Sequence record: NC_016571.1
Strand: one strand, 5' to 3'
DNA: 64,000 nucleotides
Below the pieces are notes generated by a model. That model ran no database searches, had not been told where the DNA came from, and was given only the letters and a program-made list of their open reading frames with translations. Numbering within the stretch: the first letter of the stretch is position 1; every line of letters starts with the position of its first letter. Below, in pieces: positions 11,509 to 18,688 of the stretch. Position numbers and translations under genes: made by a program.

Positions 11509-11550
11509 CCAATGAGATAATAAGTGTCTATTTAAAATAAAATAACAAAG

Positions 11551-11583
11551 ACCCCTACCCCTCCTTTCGGAGTGGGTAGGGTT
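11551..11583. terminator. bidirectional intrinsic terminator
   Basis: CCCTACCCCTCC-TTTC-GGAGTGGGTAGGG between convergent genes. Confidence 0.7.
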
Positions 11584-11600
11584 ATCTTTAATTTATTTTT

Positions 11601-12215
11601 TTATTCTGGATCGTTCTCACCGAGTAACTCGAGGATCTCGTCTACCGAGGTATGTTCATTGATGTAATGAATTTTGGTTTTACCCTTTAACTCGACGATA
11701 GCTAAAGAACGTAGATACTTCTCACGAAGGTTATCCCAGTTCTCTTTCTTCTTAAGGAAGAGATCTTTCTCATCCACTGCTCGGTTACAGTTAGCCAGAC
11801 GTTCTAAGAAAGTAGAATGATCAATGTCCAAGAAGAAGATATGGTCAGGATAGATATCGTGGCCTGCTGTTCTCAGCATCTCTTCATTGGCACGCAATAC
11901 TGCACTTGGCGGCATGGTAGGAGTTGATTGATAAACCATCGAACTCACAACACATCGATCGGAGATTAATCCCCCTTCACGATATTTACATACTACCTCA
12001 TCAAAGCAGTCAATACGTCCTGCAATGATCATCATCATTTCATAGTGCTTAGGGAGATAGTTCGCATTGTTCATGCGTTTCACTTCCGCAGCATGTTCAT
12101 TACCAGTATAAGGTTCGTTAACTGTAGCCCAACCAAGGCGAGCAATTAACTTTTTAGTCAACTCAGACTTACCTGCAAAATCCAAACCTTCTAGGGCTAC
12201 ATATTTACCAAACAT
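11601..12215 (-). CDS. tmk: thymidylate kinase
   Basis: P-loop EGLDFAGKS, VNEP, ISDRCVVSSMVYQ and PDHIFFLD motifs. Confidence 0.9.
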   Translation of the reverse strand: MFGKYVALEGLDFAGKSELTKKLIARLGWATVNEPYTGNEHAAEVKRMNNANYLPKHYEMMMIIAGRIDCFDEVVCKYREGGLISDRCVVSSMVYQSTPTMPPSAVLRANEEMLRTAGHDIYPDHIFFLDIDHSTFLERLANCNRAVDEKDLFLKKKENWDNLREKYLRSLAIVELKGKTKIHYINEHTSVDEILELLGENDPE

Positions 12216-13697
12216 TTATACCTTTGACTCCATGATTAATGTACGAAGAACAATATAAAGCATCAGACTGGTACGGAGCGAAGTGATCTTAATCTCGGTC
12301 TTAATACCTGTCATTGCTTTAACAATCTCATCGCCTTCAGCTCTCAGTTTGAGAAGTAACGCGTTTGAGGATTTGCTCGACGTATAAGCACCACGTATTT
12401 TAAAGAACACGTGTTTAACATCCTGGTGCTTGATTCCATTTGCACTTATATATTCAAACAAGTGCGTAGTTACGTCATCAACAAACTCACGATACTTATC
12501 GCCCTTAGCATGTGCATACTGGGCTGGGAAATCCTTAAGGATTGATTCCAACTTATCTGCATCAGTTCGGGGGATTGCTTTGGCTGCATAAGTTGCAAGT
12601 TCCTGTTTAAAGAAACTGTTCTTATCGTTCAGAACGTTTGCAATATAGTTCTTAAACCGGTTAGCAGATTTCTGAACATCCTTGATATTCAGTTCACCAT
12701 CCAGTAAAGCCAAGCCTGAGTCTGTCTCAACGAGATCAACGGAATCTTTAATCTCATAAAGCACTTTGGTGTAATCGTTAATAACACCTTTAAGACGGGA
12801 CTCCATATCGTTCACCATGTAAACGATTTTCTTGTCATTATCCATCTTAGCAAAGGCATCAAAGTGAATACCCGTACGAGGGTCGATAATAAACTCACCA
12901 CGAGCACGGAATAGATCATTCCATGAACCATAGCGCTTGATATCAAACTTCAAGGAGAGCTTGTTATAGGCCGTTATAGCGACGTTCTGTTTTACCAGAT
13001 AGCCGAAGTAGTGGTTCATGATAGACGTCATGACACGGTAGTGGAATAACATGACCAGATTGATCAATGCTTCGTTCTTCATATTGCTAGGAAGATTGGA
13101 ATTCCACACACGGTTCATTAGGTAGATAATAGACAGGTTGAAAGCTTCAGAAGAAACTTTAAAGTCTTTATTGATCCACTTGGTCTTGATCAGTTCATCA
13201 CGGAGTCTTACTTCATCCACGTCGATAATGTCGCGGAAGAAAGTAACACGGTCAGATGTTTTAAAGAGTACACGATGAGTCCCCAGATAAGGAGAGCCAA
13301 AGAACTCAGTATGATCATTGTCTTTAGTTGCGAAACCATAGACATAACGACGAAGAGTCTGTACCCAGCGAGGAGTAATCTCTAAATCTTCAACCAGGTT
13401 ATCAAAGATATCCTTAACTGCGTTGTCGCGGTTATAGTTGAAGTTGGCCGGTAGAGCTTCTAGCCCAGACCAGTATTCGGGGATATTCGCAGCGGATTCA
13501 AATCCACTAACCCAGCCTGGAGGAATTGCAGGAGCAAAGAAGTCAGTTAAAGGCTTACCCTCTAAACCAGCTAATAGCTCACGCATCTCAACGTCGGACA
13601 TGGCACGTTCGTATTTCTCTTCATCCGTTAACTCAAGGAATCGATACTTTACTAATCCGCCCATGTGACTTTTAAAACGATCAGTAGCAGCAGACAT
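12216..13697 (-). CDS. conserved jumbo phage protein, possibly virion
   Basis: 493 aa ORF translationally coupled to its neighbours. Confidence 0.6.
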   Translation of the reverse strand: MSAATDRFKSHMGGLVKYRFLELTDEEKYERAMSDVEMRELLAGLEGKPLTDFFAPAIPPGWVSGFESAANIPEYWSGLEALPANFNYNRDNAVKDIFDNLVEDLEITPRWVQTLRRYVYGFATKDNDHTEFFGSPYLGTHRVLFKTSDRVTFFRDIIDVDEVRLRDELIKTKWINKDFKVSSEAFNLSIIYLMNRVWNSNLPSNMKNEALINLVMLFHYRVMTSIMNHYFGYLVKQNVAITAYNKLSLKFDIKRYGSWNDLFRARGEFIIDPRTGIHFDAFAKMDNDKKIVYMVNDMESRLKGVINDYTKVLYEIKDSVDLVETDSGLALLDGELNIKDVQKSANRFKNYIANVLNDKNSFFKQELATYAAKAIPRTDADKLESILKDFPAQYAHAKGDKYREFVDDVTTHLFEYISANGIKHQDVKHVFFKIRGAYTSSKSSNALLLKLRAEGDEIVKAMTGIKTEIKITSLRTSLMLYIVLRTLIMESKV

Positions 13698-14545
13698 TAT
13701 CTTTTCCTCGGAACAGAGTACTTGATTTGGTCAGACTTGCCTTTAGGATCAGCGTACTGGAGACGTTTCTTAATTTCGTTCTCATAGAAGTCTTTAAACT
13801 CTCTGTGAGCATCAGCATAACCTTGGATATCATCCTGAAGGTCATCGACGGTTACACCGAAACGAGAAACGGCTTCTTGCATCCCACGGCGACAGTTCTT
13901 ATAGATATAAGTTTTGACACCAAGCTCTACAAGCTCAGCAAACTTATCATACATCTTCGGTGGAATTACAGAGAAGTGGTCGTCATAGGACAATACCACT
14001 TTGGCAATCATGTTAAAGAGAGCAGAGCCAGCATCACGAATGAGGAAGGAGTTATTCCCCGTCATGGTGAATGTAGTAAAGGTACGTTGAACGTTACCAT
14101 CATCAAGACCGTTGATCAGACGACCTAATGCGTTGTTCATTTGACCTACACCGCAGGTTGCATAGTTGCTGAAGTTATTACCGTTAGCAATAGCTCTGTT
14201 AATGTTTCCAGGGTACACTTCGATAACCTGGAGAATACGTCTACCACCTGTTAAGAAATCAGGTACGTTGACGTGGATAATCCCACCTTGGAGATTCTCA
14301 ATGTTTGCACTACTAAGATCAATGATCTCTGTAGTACCACCTGCTACGTTCAGCAGAGGAGCAACCATCTTCAGAATAACCTTCTCTCTTATACCTTGTT
14401 CAATAGAGAACTCAGTATTGACAGGTCCCCAAATACCACCATAACCGTTGTTCGGATTATCGAAGGCTAACTTGAGTAAATAGTCAGAGATATCGGTAGG
14501 ACCATTAATGACGTATTCAATAGAAAAGTCTACTGGGTTTGACAT
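13697..14545 (-). CDS. conserved jumbo phage protein, possibly virion
   Basis: 282 aa ORF with AAGGA RBS. Confidence 0.6.
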   Translation of the reverse strand: MSNPVDFSIEYVINGPTDISDYLLKLAFDNPNNGYGGIWGPVNTEFSIEQGIREKVILKMVAPLLNVAGGTTEIIDLSSANIENLQGGIIHVNVPDFLTGGRRILQVIEVYPGNINRAIANGNNFSNYATCGVGQMNNALGRLINGLDDGNVQRTFTTFTMTGNNSFLIRDAGSALFNMIAKVVLSYDDHFSVIPPKMYDKFAELVELGVKTYIYKNCRRGMQEAVSRFGVTVDDLQDDIQGYADAHREFKDFYENEIKKRLQYADPKGKSDQIKYSVPRKR

Positions 14546-14592
14546 AATTAGTCCTTCATTTTTGTAAGCTTACAAAATATCCAAAGACAATC

Positions 14593-14627
14593 AAAAACCC
14601 CTACCCCACCCAAAGGCGAGATAGGGG
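14593..14627 (-). terminator. intrinsic terminator closing the non-coding region
   Basis: minus strand CCCCTATCTCGCC-TTT-GGGTGGGGTAGGGG followed by TTTTT. Confidence 0.7.
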
Positions 14628-14861
14628 CAGAGGTAGTGTCATTGCATACACCCTAGGGCAGACTCGATGGACTATATAGGAGCTACCCATAAATCCGACC
14701 AAATCTACCAAAGGCTGTCTACATTGATGTCAACAACTTCTCCCAGGCATGGGAGCAGACCGTTTGTAGCCTGCATCGTATAATGCCTTATACTGTCAGG
14801 TATGCTACGCTGTTTAGTCCCGTTAGTCTTTCGGGGAGTCGCTCACGGTTAAGGCGCGACT

Positions 14862-14952
14862 AGACATGACGGCTTCACTAATGCTGGAGACATTATCGTG
14901 AAGACCCGTTTCGTCTGCAATTTATATCCCCGTCAGACTCGTCAGATGTTCC
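14862..14952 (-). ncRNA. type I hammerhead ribozyme
   Basis: minus strand ACAU-CUGACGA-GUCUG...CAGAC-GAAA-CGG...CCG-UC^AUGU: full catalytic core, three helices and a GUC cleavage triplet. Confidence 0.85.
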
Positions 14953-15584
14953 GGGCGTTCTCTCCCACCAGAGAGTAGGTCGAGTGAAACGATGTCGCGA
15001 GGTCAACTGTAAGTTGCCGATTAATCCATCAAGTCTTTGACAAGGGATATTAAATTCGCTTTCGTTCGAATCACTCTGTTTGTTAGGGAAGCTAACCAAA
15101 GTTACTTTAACTACGGTCTGTGGATAACCTAGGGTTAAAAGATAAGTTTGACGGCTAGCTCCCTAATGGATTGCACCATCCTGTTCACTACGCTTCGAGT
15201 ACTCGGGTATGAGATATTATTACTCAGCTTGAGATCGACAGGTGATGCAAAGGAAGAAGGTCCCGATTAGATCGTTACCTAAAAAGGGTGCGCGGGCTTG
15301 TCAGTAGGCGGCGCATACGCCACCAGTACCGGACCCGCAGCTATAGTCGCCATGCTGGCGACACCCACCAGGAACTACTACTGCGACAGGACTATGGCCT
15401 GAGTTCATTCCTGGATTTACGACCGGGAGGGTAAACCCCCGGTATTTGCCTTCCCATCGGCCACACCAGCCACGGAAGGTCTTACAATCCCAGCATGTCA
15501 ACTGGCACACCCCTCTTAACCCACATCGCTATCCGCAGGGAGTTAAGCAAGACATACACTTCTCGACATACAATCGGGATATTG

Positions 15585-15995
15585 TCATTTCACCAGATCG
15601 TACTTAGTATCCATCTCGGCACGTTTGCTATTGCTTACGTATTCCTCAAAGGTACATTTATACCAGTCACCCTCACCGATTTCCCGGCTATAGAAGATAA
15701 CTGCTGGGTCGTAAGCTTTCTTAGAAGGCTTATCCACAGGACGGTGAAACACTTGTAATGTATGACCCAATTCTGATATCAGATAGGCTTCATGATCATT
15801 ACAGATAAACGTTGGCTGTACACCATGTCCGTGTTCCACCACAATAATGGTGTTCTTCGGCATGTCGGCATACTTACCACCGTACTCACCCATATTAGTC
15901 AAACGGTTAATCACCGAGTTATGAGTAATATGGAAGAATTTTTCCCGGTTGGCTATTTCGCCAGTTGGGTTGCTTGAAACAAGCTTCAATAACAT
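15585..15995 (-). CDS. hypothetical protein
   Basis: 136 aa ORF with GAGG RBS downstream of the tRNAs. Confidence 0.65.
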   Translation of the reverse strand: MLLKLVSSNPTGEIANREKFFHITHNSVINRLTNMGEYGGKYADMPKNTIIVVEHGHGVQPTFICNDHEAYLISELGHTLQVFHRPVDKPSKKAYDPAVIFYSREIGEGDWYKCTFEEYVSNSKRAEMDTKYDLVK

Positions 15996-16039
15996 AGTAA
16001 CCTCAATTGCTTCTTATTGTTGGAGATTAAATGAAATTA

Positions 16040-16116
16040 TGGTGGCCCCGGCGTGACTTGAACACGCGACCAAGCGATTATGAGTCACCTGCTCTAACCG
16101 TCTGAGCTACGGGGCC
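16040..16116 (-). tRNA. tRNA-Ile2 (CAU)
   Basis: cloverleaf GGCCCCG...CUCAUAA...GGGGCCACCA; close to the E. coli ileX type rather than tRNA-Met. Confidence 0.85.
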
Positions 16117-16120
16117 GGAA

Positions 16121-16196
16121 TGGCGCGCCCTACAGGATTCGAACCTGTGACCAATAGCTTAGAAGGCTACTGCTCTATCCACTGAGCTAAGAGCGC
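16121..16196 (-). tRNA. tRNA-Arg (UCU)
   Basis: GCGCUCU acceptor, GUAGC-CUUCUAA-GCUAU anticodon arm, GGUUCGAAUCC, encoded CCA; argU-like. Confidence 0.95.
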
Positions 16197-16204
16197 CGAA
16201 TTAC

Positions 16205-16471
16205 TTATTCTGCTACCTTAGCCAGATTTGCTTTATGGGAAGCCACTACAGGAACTAAACCCTGGAACCCATGCTTGTTGTACTGACCGTCAACGAAGAT
16301 CTGAGGAACAGTTTGAACTTTCTCTCCACACATCTCGCTGAGTTTAGCACCATCAATACCAGCTTCCACGATATTGACATATTCGTGAGTGATGCCTTCA
16401 ACACCTTCAACCAGTGCTTTAGCGCGATCACACCATGGACAATTAGGCTTACCATAAATTACAACATTCAT
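16205..16471 (-). CDS. glutaredoxin
   Basis: YGKPNCPWCDRAK and TVPQIFVDG motifs. Confidence 0.9.
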   Translation of the reverse strand: MNVVIYGKPNCPWCDRAKALVEGVEGITHEYVNIVEAGIDGAKLSEMCGEKVQTVPQIFVDGQYNKHGFQGLVPVVASHKANLAKVAE

Positions 16472-16701
16472 TTTGGGATTCCGTTTAAAGGAGAATGATA
16501 GAACATACCTCTGGATGGCATATTCAATATACCTGCTGGTTTCGTTGCAAACACGTTGTAGGGTTTACTTTCGCGGATACCTACCTCTAACGTTAATCTG
16601 GCAATCAGTGGATTAAAGAAACTAAAACCAGTAACTGTTAAATGTGGTTGCTCAGAAACATATTTAAAATCATTGGGAACAAAACCTTCTGGCACTTCCA
16701 T
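16468..16701 (-). CDS. hypothetical protein
   Basis: 77 aa ORF with AAGGA RBS, overlapping the glutaredoxin start. Confidence 0.6.
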   Translation of the reverse strand: MEVPEGFVPNDFKYVSEQPHLTVTGFSFFNPLIARLTLEVGIRESKPYNVFATKPAGILNMPSRGMFYHSPLNGIPK

Positions 16702-16732
16702 AATGATTCCTTAGAAGCAGTGGTCATAAATA

Positions 16733-16821
16733 TGGCAGAGAGTATGGGATTCGAACCCATGAGCCCCGAAGGACTGCCTCCTTAGCAGGGAGGTGACTTA
16801 AACCAACTCATCCAACTCTCT
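16733..16821 (-). tRNA. tRNA-Ser (GCU)
   Basis: AGAGAGU acceptor, CCUCC-CUGCUAA-GGAGG, long variable arm, encoded CCA. Confidence 0.95.
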
Positions 16822-16825
16822 AATG

Positions 16826-16901
16826 TGGCGCTCGTGACAGGGCTCGAACCTGTGACATACGGATTAACAGTCCGCCGTTCTACCGACTGAACTACACGAG
16901 C
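16826..16901 (-). tRNA. tRNA-Asn (GUU)
   Basis: GCUCGUG acceptor, GCGGA-CUGUUAA-UCCGU, encoded CCA. Confidence 0.95.
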
Positions 16902-17000
16902 TAAATTCTTGCCCCTCATTAGGATTCCGCCTAATGTTTAACCGGCTGGCCGCCGGGGTACAGTCTCAACAGAGTTACTTTAGGATTATTGTCCTAAAGA

Positions 17001-17065
17001 CAATCATGGGGATTTTAACCCACACTTCTACTAGACCTAGTCCTCTACCAACGAGGTGGAGTCGA
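17001..17065 (-). pseudogene. degenerate tRNA-like relic
   Basis: D-arm-like CCUCGUUGGUAGAGG and T-arm-like GUGGGUUAAAAUCCCCAU, but no valid anticodon loop or acceptor stem. Confidence 0.35.
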
Positions 17066-17112
17066 TACCACCCTTCTTAAAGCACTATCATAATAACACT
17101 TTAAGAAAGGTA

Positions 17113-17234
17113 GGTTCCCGCTTCGGTATTTAAACCAGCACTGATTCTACTTGTAGACTGATCACTCTTTTGGTTTACCTGACACCGTGGTCAATGTATC
17201 ACCTGAATGAGGCTACTTTCGAAGGGCAGCGGGA
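17113..17234 (-). ncRNA. structured RNA with tRNA-like ends
   Basis: UCCCGCU/AGCGGGA closing stem, T-arm-like GGUUUAAAUACC, internal hairpins. Confidence 0.35.
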
Positions 17235-17241
17235 GTTTGTC

Positions 17242-17466
17242 TTATCCAGCATTAAAGCTGTTTAAAACGAATCCTTGAGGGTGGAGAGAGTTGTTGGACA
17301 ACAACGTTATCTTTACAGTGTCTGCTGGGATTTTATCACAGCAACAATGATTGAATAACGCAGTAGCTAACCAGACCGCTCTGCTTTCTCTAGGAGCCGA
17401 TACCACACAGGCATCGAATTCGTCATAACTGATCGAATCAGTTCTTTCAACAAGATATAGGTTCAT
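17242..17466 (-). CDS. hypothetical protein
   Basis: 74 aa ORF, MNLYLVERTD..YDEFDACVV pattern of a small phage protein type. Confidence 0.6.
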   Translation of the reverse strand: MNLYLVERTDSISYDEFDACVVSAPRESRAVWLATALFNHCCCDKIPADTVKITLLSNNSLHPQGFVLNSFNAG

Positions 17467-17693
17467 CTATTTAATCCCAATTAGTGAAATAGGAGCTAAT
17501 ATGGCTCTTTATGTTTTTCGGCTAATTGTGACTCAAACCTAACATGTTGATTGTATCTACCAGATTGTGGTCCTGCACTATACAACACTGGCTAGCTGGA
17601 ACATGTAATCACCAGTGAGATTCCTGCTCGCTGCAACGCGTCCCCAGGAAGGGGAAGTTTTGTACTGCTTAACAGAGTATAGAAACTCAGTTA

Positions 17694-18017
17694 TTAAATT
17701 ACTTCATACCAATCAAGAGCTTGCGCATCAGAGACTGATGGAACCCAGGTATTGATTGTTTTAGTTTCTTCGTTAACGATAACAAAGAAAGGCTGGATAT
17801 AAGCAAAGTTTGCATCAAGAGGATTAACTGGATCAGTACCCTCAAATTTGATATGGTTGGTCGGAATAGATCCATGAATCTGAATATATAGGTGTTTGCC
17901 ATTCCATCCTTTACGGGCAAACTTACGGGCCTTCTTATTTTCCAGACTTCTGATCATGAGATCATTAACCATCCCGTAGGATAAGAGAAGAGGGCCTTTA
18001 ACTTGTTCTTGTGTCAT
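17694..18017 (-). CDS. tad2: DUF2829 / Tad2-like anti-Thoeris sponge protein
   Basis: ARKGWNGKHLYI near the N-terminus and WVPSVSDAQALDW at the C-terminus, hallmarks of the family. Confidence 0.75.
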   Translation of the reverse strand: MTQEQVKGPLLLSYGMVNDLMIRSLENKKARKFARKGWNGKHLYIQIHGSIPTNHIKFEGTDPVNPLDANFAYIQPFFVIVNEETKTINTWVPSVSDAQALDWYEVI

Positions 18018-18330
18018 GTTAATTTCCGGTGGGGTAAAAAGCTCCCTTGAATGGGTTTAATCAAACAAGGGAGAATGGTTGATCTAAGGAACACAGAAAC
18101 CCTAGATCGAGGCTACACCTGCCCGGTGCGCTTTCTGATGGGGACTTGATAGATCCCATTAAAAAGCTGAGGACATCCATCCTCAGTTGGTCAAATCGAC
18201 CCAATGCGTAAGCAGTTATATGAAGTATGCGGCGCGTACTTCCCTATGGTTATTCTGAAAAACAAACATAGGGTAGTGGGGTCAGAAGACCCCAGCAACC
18301 AACCTCATTCGTACCGAAAGTATCCATACC

Positions 18331-18688
18331 TTCTTTATAAGAACTCATTCGGTAGAGAACTTATAAAGAAAGCAAGTGGGTTGATAAGGTCCACTCACTC
18401 TCAGTATTCCTTAATCATATCGCCAAATATAATTAAGACGTGGCAACCACACGATTTTAAACTACTGTTACAAACTCGCTTTTTTGGAAAGAACACGCAT
18501 GACCATGGCTTTCTTTATAGTGACTCATTCTAATAGAGATACCATAAAGAAAGCGAAGAGGGTGGAGGAAAAGTGAGACCAACCCTCTCAGCTTTAATTA
18601 CGAGACATGAGAGTTATGCAATGAAAGTTAGCAAGCAAGCAGTACCTTTCTTTATAAACACTCATTCAAGTGGAGTAATTATAAAGAA
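18331..18688. repeat. three copies of a ~40 bp palindromic element (18331-18370, 18511-18551, 18648-18688)
   Basis: TTCTTTATA-N2-3-ACTCATTC-N4-5-GAG-N3-5-ATAAAGAA in all three. Confidence 0.85.

Larger units (their letters stand above)
14593..15560 (-). ncRNA. candidate large structured non-coding RNA (~970 nt)
   Basis: no credible ORF, visibly GC-richer than the flanks, dense nested hairpins, ends in a U-tailed terminator, co-oriented with the tRNA cluster; 5' boundary approximate. Confidence 0.65.

Noticed and set aside
14640-14930. group I intron (GGACUA...UAUAUAGUCC P7-like pair, AAAUUGC P-like element)
   Set aside because: no consistent P3/P4/P6 could be built, there is no interrupted host gene, and the P-like segment is better explained as hammerhead stem II
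14893-15758. short ORFs 14893-15099, 15301-15510 and 15495-15758
   Set aside because: no RBS, atypical composition, overlap the structured RNA or a real gene
16040-16116. tRNA-Met
   Set aside because: overall sequence and acceptor stem match the Ile2 (ileX-type) tRNA better; the Met call is not fully excluded without a model search
17040-17065. HDV-like/theta ribozyme (CCA-CCUCGU-UGG resembles P3/L3)
   Set aside because: no P1, P1.1 or P2 partners found
17140-17185. c-di-GMP-I riboswitch (AGGUAAACC...AAAGAGUG likeness)
   Set aside because: the GACGCAAAGCC junction and second helix are missing
17200-17235. second hammerhead on the + strand (CTGAATGAG-GCTAC...GGCAGC)
   Set aside because: extra base in the core and no GAAA after stem II
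18204-18533. 109 aa + strand ORF
   Set aside because: no RBS, runs through hairpins and repeats, opposite to the local transcription direction
18331-18688. CRISPR array
   Set aside because: only three degenerate repeats, gaps of about 140 and 96 bp, no cas genes, no resemblance to I-E or I-F repeats
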